This document shows, one piece after another, positions 55,742 through 64,000 of a stretch of DNA of 64,000 bases. Position 1 is the first letter of the stretch, and every line of letters begins with the position of its first letter. The notes beneath the pieces are model-generated. The model searched no databases. It saw only the letters and a list, made by a program, of their open reading frames with translations, and was not told the DNA's origin. Origin of the DNA: Gemmatimonadales bacterium (lineage in GTDB: Bacteria; Gemmatimonadota; Gemmatimonadetes; Gemmatimonadales; GWC2-71-9). The stretch spans positions 32,001-96,000 of the forward strand of contig JBDIWC010000004.1 of assembly GCA_039794085.1 (NCBI GenBank). The letters are read 5' to 3'. A program made the translations under genes and the position numbers.

Positions 55742-56452
55742 ATGCTCAAGAATTCAGTCGCCCTGGTCACCGGGGCCACCGAGGGCATCGGGCGGGCCAT
55801 CGCCTTTGCCCTGGGGCGCGAGGGTGCCGCCGTCGGGGTCTGCGCCCGCACTCCGGAGCGGGTCACCGCTCTCCTCGCCGAACTCGCCGCCGCCAAGATC
55901 CGGTCCGCGGGGCTCCCCACCGATGTCGGGGATCCCGACGCGGTGGCAGCCTGCGTGGCCGAGGTCGAGAAGACTCTGGGTCCGGTGGATGTCCTGGTGA
56001 ACAACGCCGGCGTGGCCCGGCTCTCCCGGTTCGAGGAAATGAGCCTGGACCAGTGGGATGAGACGATGCGCACCAACGTGCGGAGCCTCTTCCTGGTCAC
56101 CCGGCTCGTCCTGCCGGGAATGCGGGCCCGGAAGCGGGGTTCCATCATCAACGTGGCGAGCCTGGCCGGACGGAATGGCTTTGTCGGCGGAACCGCCTAC
56201 GCCGCCTCGAAGCACGCCGTGCTCGGCTTCAGCCGGTCCCTGATGCTGGAGACGCGCAAGGACGACATCCGGGTCATCGCCATTTGCCCCGGTTCAGTCG
56301 ACACTCCGCTCATCCACCAGCAGGATATCTTTCCCGCCGATCCCGATCGAATCCTCAAACCCGAGGACATCGCGGAGGTGGTGCTGGGGGCCCTCCGACT
56401 CCCTCCGCGGGCGCTGGTGAGTGAACTCGACATCCGGCCCACCAATCCGTGA
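55742..56452 (+). CDS. Short-chain dehydrogenase/reductase
   Basis: TGATEGIG, NNAG, YAASK, CPG. Confidence 0.95.
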   Translation: MLKNSVALVTGATEGIGRAIAFALGREGAAVGVCARTPERVTALLAELAAAKIRSAGLPTDVGDPDAVAACVAEVEKTLGPVDVLVNNAGVARLSRFEEMSLDQWDETMRTNVRSLFLVTRLVLPGMRARKRGSIINVASLAGRNGFVGGTAYAASKHAVLGFSRSLMLETRKDDIRVIAICPGSVDTPLIHQQDIFPADPDRILKPEDIAEVVLGALRLPPRALVSELDIRPTNP

Positions 56453-56462
56453 GTCGTCCCCG

Positions 56463-56669
56463 GTGATCACCGTCGACCGCTGCCTCTGCCGTGGCATCGC
56501 CTTCGCCGAAGTGCACCACCGGGCGGCGGCAGGCAGTTGGTCACTGGAGACGCTCATGCGGGAAACCGGATGCGGTTTGCAGTGCGGCCTCTGCCGCCCC
56601 TACCTCGCGGAGATGTTGCGCACCGGCCGGACCGTCTTTCACACCCTGCTCCCGGCTGTCGAGGGATGA
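56463..56669 (+). CDS. BFD-like [2Fe-2S] binding protein
   Basis: CLC...TGCGLQCGLC.PY. Confidence 0.8.
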   Translation: MITVDRCLCRGIAFAEVHHRAAAGSWSLETLMRETGCGLQCGLCRPYLAEMLRTGRTVFHTLLPAVEG

Positions 56670-58213
56670 GTCCGACCGGAGACCGGGGCGGGTGGCGCCA
56701 GTTCCTCCGGCCGGCGCCCCTCACGGTAGCGGCCATCATCACCGGGTGGGTCGGGGTCTGGTTCATCTGGCAGGGTCACGCTATCGCCTTTCTGCTCCCG
56801 GCCGCCGCCACCCTTTTCGCGTTGACCGCCCTCCAGCGGGGGAGAGCGCTGGGGCGCGTGCGGCAGCGTTCCCTCATGGATGCCCTGGCCGCCGTCGAGG
56901 CTCACAATCGCGAGTTGGACGGGCTCCGGACACTCGCCGGGACCATGCTGGCGGTCCGGACCCGCGAGGAGCTCTTCACCGAAGTGACCCGGGGAGCGCA
57001 GCGCCTCCTGCAGTGCGAGGGGAGTGCCTTGCTGCTGCTCGTGGAGGAAGGGAGGTTCCTCAAGGTGATGGCGGCGGAGGGGGACATGCAGCGGGTGACG
57101 GGGGCGTTGTTTCCCGTCGACCACAGCCTGACCGGATGGGTGGTCACCCATGATGAGCCGGTGATCTGCCCCGACCTCCAGAGTGATCCACGGCTGTACC
57201 AGGTCCCGGAGCTGGAGGGCCACCTGTACAACGGGGTGCTCGCGCCGCTTCGGTCCTCGGGGCTCGTGCTTGGAGTCCTCTCGGTGTACAACCGGGCGGA
57301 ACCCGGGTTTACCCCACATGACCGGCAACTGCTGCAGACCCTCGCGGACCAGGTGACATTCGGCCTCGACCGGGTCACCGTGCTGGAGGAGAGTCGGAAG
57401 AGCGAACAGGCCCTCGCGGTCAAGAACCGGGAACTGGAACAGGCCACCCGTCTCAAGAGCGAGTTCCTGGCCAACATGTCCCATGAGCTGCGGACCCCCC
57501 TGAACGCGATCATCGGGTTCAGCGATCTTCTCCTGACGGGGGAGATGAACGGGGACGAGCAGAAGGAATTCCTCGAGTCCATCTCGCGGAACGGGACCCA
57601 CCTCCTCGGCCTCATCAACAACATTCTCGACCTGTCCAAGATCGAAGCGGGGCGGATGACCCAGACGCTGGGGACCGTGGATCTCAAGGTGGCCCTCCAG
57701 TCCGCGGCGACGGATACGGCCTCCCTCCGGTCCGCCCGACGGCAACGGAGCGTGATCGATCTGGACCAAGGTCCCCTGGAGATCCACGCGGATGGTCTCC
57801 GTATTCGGCAGATCCTGCTCAACCTCCTTGCCAACGCATCGAAGTTCACTCCCGAAGAGGGAGAGATTTCTCTGCGGGCCGTGATGACCGAGGCCCCGTT
57901 GCCGGTTCCCGCGGGACGCGCCGGGGACAAGCCGAGACTGGTGACCCGGAAGGCGGTCTGGGTGGCCGTCACCGACACCGGAATCGGAATCACTCCCGAG
58001 GATCAGGCCCGACTCTTCGAGCCGTTCAGTCAGGTGGACAGTTCGGCGAGTCGCCGGAATCAGGGCACAGGACTCGGCCTGGCGCTCTGCAAACAGTTCG
58101 TGGAGATGCACGGTGGGACCATCGGTGTCGAGTCACTGCCGGGGAAGGGAAGCACCTTCTGGTTCCTGCTGCCGGTCGACGGCCCGATGCGACGGAGCGG
58201 GAGCGATGCGTGA
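56666..58213 (+). CDS. Membrane GAF-domain sensor histidine kinase
   Basis: 2 TM, GAF, FLANMSHELRTPL, NLLANASKF, DTGIG, GTGLGL. Confidence 0.93.
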   Translation: MSPTGDRGGWRQFLRPAPLTVAAIITGWVGVWFIWQGHAIAFLLPAAATLFALTALQRGRALGRVRQRSLMDALAAVEAHNRELDGLRTLAGTMLAVRTREELFTEVTRGAQRLLQCEGSALLLLVEEGRFLKVMAAEGDMQRVTGALFPVDHSLTGWVVTHDEPVICPDLQSDPRLYQVPELEGHLYNGVLAPLRSSGLVLGVLSVYNRAEPGFTPHDRQLLQTLADQVTFGLDRVTVLEESRKSEQALAVKNRELEQATRLKSEFLANMSHELRTPLNAIIGFSDLLLTGEMNGDEQKEFLESISRNGTHLLGLINNILDLSKIEAGRMTQTLGTVDLKVALQSAATDTASLRSARRQRSVIDLDQGPLEIHADGLRIRQILLNLLANASKFTPEEGEISLRAVMTEAPLPVPAGRAGDKPRLVTRKAVWVAVTDTGIGITPEDQARLFEPFSQVDSSASRRNQGTGLGLALCKQFVEMHGGTIGVESLPGKGSTFWFLLPVDGPMRRSGSDA

Positions 58214-58223
58214 GGAGGGACGG

Positions 58224-58258
58224 AAGTCATAGGACATAGGACATAGGACATAGGACAT
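58224..58258 (+). repeat. Heptamer tandem array (AGGACAT)n after the kinase stop
   Basis: aagtcat + aggacat x4. Confidence 0.92.
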
Positions 58259-58281
58259 GTCGGAGTTGTAGGGAGTAGGGT

Positions 58282-58304
58282 GTAGGGGCGAACGGCGTTC
58301 GCCC
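58282..58304 (+). repeat. GTAG-family REP-like palindrome
   Basis: GTAG-GGGCGAAC-GGC-GTTCGCCC; a degenerate relative starts at 54561. Confidence 0.65.
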
Positions 58305-58360
58305 GGTCGGTAGGTGGAAACGACAAGCGATAGCAGTGGGGAACCGGAACAACCACCGGA

Positions 58361-58388
58361 GTCATCCCGAGCCGCAGGCGAGGGATCT
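58361..58388 (+). repeat. REP-like palindromic element, copy 3
   Basis: GTCATCCCGAGCCGCAGGCGAGGGATCT; shares GGA and GTGGAGG flanks with copy 2. Confidence 0.85.
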
Positions 58389-58516
58389 GTGGAGGTTGGA
58401 TGGTGCACTTCCCGTCGGCCGCGTCCACTGCCGCTGGCTTGTGATGTCTGGCATCGGAATCCGAACGACGGGAAGGACACCCGCCGGTCGCCACAGATTC
58501 CTCACTAACTGCCCAT

Positions 58517-58607
58517 GCCCTATGTCCTGGGTCCTGCGTCCTGCGTCCTGCGTCCTGCGTCCTACGTCCTGCGTCCTACGTCCTGCGTCCTACGTCCTAC
58601 GTCCTGT
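58517..58607 (-). repeat. Heptamer tandem array (GYAGGAC)n, 13 units, supplying the GAF-protein stop
   Basis: gtcctgc/gtcctac units on the + strand; inverted partner of 58224-58258. Confidence 0.92.
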
Positions 58608-60140
58608 TCCTGCCGCCACTGGAAAGGCTTCCCGCCGGAGCACCTCGAGATGGGGGGCCAGGAGGTCCGCACACTGCTGGGCCACGGCCACGGTTGACCG
58701 ATCGCCGGCGCTCCGAATCCCACCGAGTCGCATCACGCCGATGGCCCGGCCGGCCATCCGAAGCGGCACGACCAGGGTGGTCCCCCATTCTCCGCTCTCC
58801 TCGAACCCGTGGGGCTGTGTTCCGCCCGCGACGGCTCCCCGCAGCGTGCCGTGCCCCGACAGGCGGGGGAGGTCGGCGAGGGGACGAGTGTCACCCGGCT
58901 CCAGCAGGGCCAGTTGTCCCTCCTCCTCCCCGGTGCGAAGCGCAAGGTCGAGGTGGTCGAACGGGAGAAGCAGACGCACAGTGCCGGCGAACTCACGCAG
59001 GGCGTCTCCCCAGCGTGCCGTTGTGGCCAGCAGGTGGATCGCCTCGGCGATGCGAACGCCGGGATCGAGGCTGGCCGACGCGCCCGGTTCCCGGGATCGC
59101 CGGGCAATCTCCAGCTCGATCGCCAGGTGCAGCGCCTGGACCCGCGGCGCCACGCTCGTGGCGATGATCTCCGCGATGGGTTCGTCGGTTCCCTGAAACT
59201 GGTCCACCGACATGCCGCCCAGGAAGAGGTAGCCCACCGTCCGGTCCGCCACCTGAAGCCGAGCTCCGAGAAAGGAGCGGATTCGTCGGCCCTCCCGGCT
59301 CTCCAGATAGGTGGGCCAGATCACCGATCCTCCCAGCTCGCGCAGATCGCGGATCGTCAGGGCGCGCACATCACCGATCGTGTCGATCAGAGTCTCCATC
59401 ATTCGACGCGTGGAACCGCTCTCGCTCTGGGCGATACCCCATCGCCGCCGTCCCGCGGGAGCGCTCAGCAGATGCCACCCCCCGGGTTCTCCCGCCACCA
59501 GTTCCAGCCGGTCGTGGGGCAGCACGCCGTGCACGATGCCGGAGACGAGGCGGACGAGTTCACTCCCGGTCAAAGCGCGCGTGGCGGCCACGCCCAATCG
59601 CTCCGGAAGCGTCTCCAGGGTGACTCCCTCCGCGAGCGGATCGCCCGAGAGGATCGGAGGTGATTCGGCGAGCCGGCGAAAGGTCTGCGCCAGCGCTCGG
59701 GCCATCTGCTGCAGGCCGAACGCCTGGGGAGGACCGTACCGTCCCTGCTGCAGGTCCCCCAGAAGGAGAAGGCCGAGGTCGCGGGTGTCGTCCCCGATCG
59801 GGACCGCGATCGCCGATGCGTACCCCGAGGTGCGAAGGAGGTGCTCCAGGTCATACAGTTGATCCTGGGACAGCCGGGGCGAGGGGGGGGAGAGCAGGAT
59901 GCGATCCTGCGACAGCGACTCCGGGGCAAGGAGCACACATCCCCCCTCATCCGGAAAGAGCCAGAGTCCCATCAGGTCATGGGGGATCTCCACACCGACC
60001 AGATTGGAGAGAGCCAGATGCCACGTGGCGATGGCCCCGGGACTGGGTACACCCCCGTCTCCCTCCATTCGAGGCACGGGCACGAGAAAGGTCCCGCCGG
60101 AGAAATCCGAGGCCGGGTGGTCAGCGTGAGAGTCCGACAT
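58590..60140 (-). CDS. Multi-GAF-domain protein with no evident output domain
   Basis: Three repeats with PHD/PFD entry and SAIAVPI / SFLGARL / TLVVPL...G GAF-like strands. Confidence 0.7.
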   Translation of the reverse strand: MSDSHADHPASDFSGGTFLVPVPRMEGDGGVPSPGAIATWHLALSNLVGVEIPHDLMGLWLFPDEGGCVLLAPESLSQDRILLSPPSPRLSQDQLYDLEHLLRTSGYASAIAVPIGDDTRDLGLLLLGDLQQGRYGPPQAFGLQQMARALAQTFRRLAESPPILSGDPLAEGVTLETLPERLGVAATRALTGSELVRLVSGIVHGVLPHDRLELVAGEPGGWHLLSAPAGRRRWGIAQSESGSTRRMMETLIDTIGDVRALTIRDLRELGGSVIWPTYLESREGRRIRSFLGARLQVADRTVGYLFLGGMSVDQFQGTDEPIAEIIATSVAPRVQALHLAIELEIARRSREPGASASLDPGVRIAEAIHLLATTARWGDALREFAGTVRLLLPFDHLDLALRTGEEEGQLALLEPGDTRPLADLPRLSGHGTLRGAVAGGTQPHGFEESGEWGTTLVVPLRMAGRAIGVMRLGGIRSAGDRSTVAVAQQCADLLAPHLEVLRREAFPVAAGTGRRT

Positions 60141-60295
60141 ATGACAGGAATCGGTGGCAGGAGTCATGCCGAGGGAAGCGGATTACCCAAAGTGTTTCCA
60201 TGCAGTGAGTTACGGGTATCCAGCCGACTGCGCATCTGGGCGAGATGCTGGAAAAAGGGCACGAAGCGGTTCGGAAACCCCATATTGACACCATA

Positions 60296-60324
60296 TTGAC
60301 ATATACCCCCAGGGGGTATATCTT
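60296..60324 (+). promoter_or_regulatory. Sigma70 promoter with overlapping CsoR operator
   Basis: TTGACA-17 nt-TATCTT; perfect inverted repeat ATATACCCCC-A-GGGGGTATAT (60301-60321). Confidence 0.9.
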
Positions 60325-60354
60325 GTGCCAAGGTACACAACTGGAGCGTTCACC

Positions 60355-60570
60355 ATGACACACCTGGTACTTGAAGTGGATGGCATGAGCTGCGGGCATT
60401 GCATCAGCGCCGTCAATCGTGCCCTGGAAAAGGTTCCAGGGCTCATTGTCCGATCTGTCGCCCTGGGGACCGTGGAAGTGGATCTCGAGGAGGGTGGGGC
60501 CACTCCGGAGCTCCTGATCGCCGCGCTCGCCGACGCGGGGTACCCTGCCACGGTTTCGACGCCCCGATGA
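60355..60570 (+). CDS. copZ: Copper chaperone (HMA domain)
   Basis: GMSCGHC, AGY. Confidence 0.92.
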   Translation: MTHLVLEVDGMSCGHCISAVNRALEKVPGLIVRSVALGTVEVDLEEGGATPELLIAALADAGYPATVSTPR

Positions 60571-60983
60571 CGGTGGCCCAGCTCGTGGCCACCGGCACCG
60601 GAGCGATCCTCATCGGTGCCATTCAGTGGTGGTTCTTCCTGGCCGGTCGTCGCAGCGGAGGCGTGCGGGCGGCGACGAGGGACGGGGTGCAGGAGGTGGC
60701 CATCACCGTGGCGGGCGGGTACTCGCCCGATCCGGTCGTGGTCGAGGCGGGCCGGCCGGTGCGCCTCAACTTCCATCGCACCGACACCGATCCGTGCAGC
60801 GAGGAAGTGGTTCTGGGTGACTTTTCTCTCCGGCGGTTTCTCCCGACCGATGAGGTGACCCCCGTGGAGTTCACTCCGGAGCATCCGGGGCGATTCGTGT
60901 ACACCTGTGGAATGGGGATGCTTCGGGGGACGATCGAGGTCGTACCCGCTCACTCCGTCGGGCAGTCGGAGGGATCGGCCTGA
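60567..60983 (+). CDS. Membrane-anchored cupredoxin domain protein (CupA-like)
   Basis: WWFF anchor, [15 protein letters not shown]. Confidence 0.88.
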   Translation: MTVAQLVATGTGAILIGAIQWWFFLAGRRSGGVRAATRDGVQEVAITVAGGYSPDPVVVEAGRPVRLNFHRTDTDPCSEEVVLGDFSLRRFLPTDEVTPVEFTPEHPGRFVYTCGMGMLRGTIEVVPAHSVGQSEGSA

Positions 60984-63358
60984 TGCCCGATCTCACCGCA
61001 CCCGATCCCCCGGAGGTCACCTGCACGATCGATGTGGAGGGGATGACCTGTGCCGCCTGCAGCGGACGGATTCAGCGCCAACTCGAGAAGACCCCCGGGG
61101 TATCGAAAGCCAGTGTCAACCTGATGACCAACTCCGCCACGGTGTCCTTTGATCCGACGGCCACGGCCGCGGAGGGGCTGCTGAAGGTCATCCACGAGGC
61201 CGGCTACGGGGCAACGTTGCCCGCTCCGGATCGTGGAACGGAGGAGGCCGTGACCGCGCAGGACGAGGCCCGCGCCGCGGAACTCACCACACTCGGCCGG
61301 AAAGTGCTGGTGTCCCTCGTGGCGGCGGTTCTGGCGATGGCAGCCTCGATGCCGCTCGCGGAGGTGACTCCTGGCGGGCATCTCGATCCGCTCATGCGGT
61401 TCATGATGCCGCTCACCGACCTGATGCGGAGCGTGGTGCCGGGTCTCGACACCGTCACCGCCGACGCCTGGCGCTGGTCTCTGCTCCTCATGACAACCCC
61501 GATCGTGTTCTGGGCCGGGAGGCACTTCTACACCCGGGCGTGGGCCGCATTCACCCACCACGGCGCTGACATGAACACCCTCGTCGCGGTGGGCACCGGC
61601 GCCGCGTTCCTGTTCAGCGTGGCGATGACGGTGGCTCCCGGATGGTTCGAGAGCCATGGCGTCCCGCCGATGGTGTACTACGAGGCGGTGGTCTGGATCA
61701 TCGCTCTGGTGCTGCTGGGCAACTGGCTCGAGGCCCGTGCCAAGCGCGCCACCAGCGGAGCGATCCGGCGCCTCATCGGTCTTCGGCCCGACACCGCGCG
61801 GGTGCTCCGCGAGGGCGTCGAGACCGACCTTCCGATCGCCCAGGTCCAGGTGGGTGACGAGATCCTGGTCCGGCCAGGGGAGAGAGTTCCGGTGGATGGC
61901 ACCGTGGTGGAGGGGAGCAGCACGGTGGACGAATCGATGCTGACCGGTGAGCCCCTCCCGGTGGCGAAGGCGATGGGGGACGACGTGACCGGTGGAACCA
62001 TGAACCGGAGCGGTGCCTTCCGGTTTCGCGCCGTTCGGGTGGGGCGCGACATGGTGCTCTCCCGCATCGTGCAGCTGGTGCAGGAGGCCCAGGGCAGCAA
62101 GGCCCCGATTCAGCGCCTCGCCGACCGGATCTCGGCGGTCTTCGTTCCCATCGTTCTCTCGCTCGCCGTGCTCACCTTCGTGCTCTGGGTGGACTTGGGC
62201 CCCTCCCCGGCCGGTCTCCGCGCACTCGTGGCCGCGGTGACGGTGCTCATCATCGCCTGTCCCTGTGCCATGGGCCTCGCCGTCCCCACCGCGGTGATGG
62301 TGTCGACCGGGCGCGGCGCCGAGATGGGGGTGCTGATCAAGGGTGGGGAACCGCTGCAGAGACTGCGCGATGTGGACACCGTGGTGCTGGACAAGACCGG
62401 CACCATCACCGAGGGGAACCCGCGCGTGACCGAGGTGGAGGTGCTGGCCGGTGATCTCTCCGAAAACGAGCTCCTCGCCCTGGTGGCCGGGGTGGAGGCG
62501 CGGAGTGAGCATCCCCTGGCCGAGGCGGTGGTGGCCGCCGCCGGAGACCGGGGGCTCTCCCTTCCCTCGATCGCCTCCTTCGACTCGGTGGCGGGGCGAG
62601 GCGTTCGGGGGGAGGTGGCGGGGCGACAGGTACTCGTCGGAACCATCGCCTTTCTGCAAGGGGAGGGTGTGGAGGTGTCGATGTTGCGCGAGCGGGGACT
62701 GGCCCTCGCGGATCTCGGCCGGACACCCGTGCACGTGGCTGTGGACGGCCAACCGGTGGGCCTGCTCGGCATCGCCGATCCGCCGCGGGCCACGAGTCGT
62801 CAGGCGGTGGCCGCCCTGCGCTCCCTGGGACTCGAGGTGCTGATGCTCACCGGGGACCTGCGCCGGACGGCGGAGGCGATGGCGCGCGAGGTGGGCATCA
62901 CCCGGGTGGAGGCGGAGGTGCTTCCCGCGGCCAAGCTGGAGGTGATCGAATCCCTCCAGGCCCAGGGACGGGTGGTGGCGATGGTGGGAGACGGGATCAA
63001 CGACGCGCCGGCCCTCGCCGCGGCGGATGTCGGCATCGCGATCGGAGGGGGCACCGATGTCGCCGTCGAGGCGGCCGATGTGACCCTGCTCGGCAGCGAC
63101 CTGACCGGGGTGGTGCGGGCCATCGCCCTGGCCCGGCATACCATGCGGACCATGCGGCAGAATCTCTTCTGGGCCTTCCTCTATAACACGGCGGGCATTC
63201 CGATAGCGGCCGGCATTCTCTATCAGGCCTTTGGCATTCTCCTCACCCCCACAATGGCCGCCGCCGCCATGGCTCTGAGCTCGGTGACGGTGGTGGGGAA
63301 CAGTCTCCGTCTCCGTCACAGCACCTTCTCCCTCCCCGCTTTGGAGTCCGGACGATGA
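60983..63358 (+). CDS. copA: Cu(I)-translocating P1B-type ATPase
   Basis: [34 protein letters not shown]. Confidence 0.97.
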   Translation: MPDLTAPDPPEVTCTIDVEGMTCAACSGRIQRQLEKTPGVSKASVNLMTNSATVSFDPTATAAEGLLKVIHEAGYGATLPAPDRGTEEAVTAQDEARAAELTTLGRKVLVSLVAAVLAMAASMPLAEVTPGGHLDPLMRFMMPLTDLMRSVVPGLDTVTADAWRWSLLLMTTPIVFWAGRHFYTRAWAAFTHHGADMNTLVAVGTGAAFLFSVAMTVAPGWFESHGVPPMVYYEAVVWIIALVLLGNWLEARAKRATSGAIRRLIGLRPDTARVLREGVETDLPIAQVQVGDEILVRPGERVPVDGTVVEGSSTVDESMLTGEPLPVAKAMGDDVTGGTMNRSGAFRFRAVRVGRDMVLSRIVQLVQEAQGSKAPIQRLADRISAVFVPIVLSLAVLTFVLWVDLGPSPAGLRALVAAVTVLIIACPCAMGLAVPTAVMVSTGRGAEMGVLIKGGEPLQRLRDVDTVVLDKTGTITEGNPRVTEVEVLAGDLSENELLALVAGVEARSEHPLAEAVVAAAGDRGLSLPSIASFDSVAGRGVRGEVAGRQVLVGTIAFLQGEGVEVSMLRERGLALADLGRTPVHVAVDGQPVGLLGIADPPRATSRQAVAALRSLGLEVLMLTGDLRRTAEAMAREVGITRVEAEVLPAAKLEVIESLQAQGRVVAMVGDGINDAPALAAADVGIAIGGGTDVAVEAADVTLLGSDLTGVVRAIALARHTMRTMRQNLFWAFLYNTAGIPIAAGILYQAFGILLTPTMAAAAMALSSVTVVGNSLRLRHSTFSLPALESGR

Positions 63359-63732
63359 CCCCCGACACCCCCGAGACGACGTCGCCTCTCCCTCCAGCCT
63401 GTGGATGCGGCACCGGCGACCCGGACCGTCACGCCGTGGGAGTGGACCCGGAGATCAAGCGCCGCGTGACGGCACGGTTGCGGCGGATCGAGGGCCAGGT
63501 CCGGGGACTGCAGCGCATGGTGGAGGAGGAGCGCTACTGTGCCGACGTGATGACGCAGGTGAGTTCGGTGCAGGAGGCGTTGTCTGCGGTGAGCCGGGAG
63601 CTCCTTCGGAACCACCTCCGGTACTGCGTCACCGATGCGCTGCGCTCGGGAGACGCCGCCGCGGCGGAGCAGGTGTACGAGGAGGTGGTGGCGCTGGTGG
63701 CTCGCGCGGGCCGGGGTGGCGTCAGGTCGTGA
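63355..63732 (+). CDS. csoR: Copper-sensing repressor
   Basis: [23 protein letters not shown]. Confidence 0.93.
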   Translation: MTPDTPETTSPLPPACGCGTGDPDRHAVGVDPEIKRRVTARLRRIEGQVRGLQRMVEEERYCADVMTQVSSVQEALSAVSRELLRNHLRYCVTDALRSGDAAAAEQVYEEVVALVARAGRGGVRS

Positions 63733-64000
63733 CGCGTGCCATGTCCCGCCGGACCGTCCGCACGGCGGGAAGTAGGGCCAGACCCCCGATGATCCCGACG
63801 ATGGGCAGAACGTAGATCGCCCGCTCCAGACCCATCCGGTCGGAGAGAACCCCGATGAGCGGCAGGGCCACCGCGTCTCCCGCCACGTGGACGAACAGAA
63901 GATAGGCTCCCACCACGGTCGTTCCGATCCGGGCGGGCACCACGTCGAAGAGCACGGCGGCCAGGGGGCCGTTGTGCCAGGCGATGAAGAAGAACGCCGC
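63722..64000 (-). CDS. MFS transporter (spinster-like), C-terminal part; runs off the window
   Basis: WHNGPLAAVLFDVVP...GDA...IGVLSD TM helices. Confidence 0.75.
   Translation of the reverse strand, partial: AAFFFIAWHNGPLAAVLFDVVPARIGTTVVGAYLLFVHVAGDAVALPLIGVLSDRMGLERAIYVLPIVGIIGGLALLPAVRTVRRDMARVTT

Overview
High-GC, gene-dense chromosomal window. It is probably Gemmatimonadota, an inference from the gene families (Ser/Thr kinase type, Acidobacteria/Gemmatimonadota-type PadR, HrpB-like helicase). About 65 CDS are supportable, mostly housekeeping or signalling: lon, pfkA, queD, udk, gluQ, rnhA, thyA-folA, GSIII glutamine synthetase, a CsoR-regulated cop operon, HD-GYP and GGDEF proteins. No tRNA, rRNA, CRISPR array or intact transposase was seen. 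Notable features missed by the ORF track: (1) two UGA-recoded selenoprotein genes (a 75-aa SelW/Rdx CxxU protein, and SelD with UACK), each followed by a GGUC(U/C)-loop SECIS-like hairpin and each first in its operon; (2) a compact sigma54-driven chaperone-usher-like pilus locus with DUF4402-type cysteine-free pilins, one lacking the donor strand, an atypical usher and a divergent pilin-like gene; (3) oriented heptamer tandem arrays fused to stop codons, often as inverted pairs enclosing REP-like palindromes; (4) a DEAH helicase with an apparently permuted motif order; (5) a PQQ-dehydrogenase homolog lacking its catalytic residues; (6) an orphan NaeI/NgoMIV-like C5 methyltransferase with Vsr. 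All family assignments come from motif recognition, not database searches.
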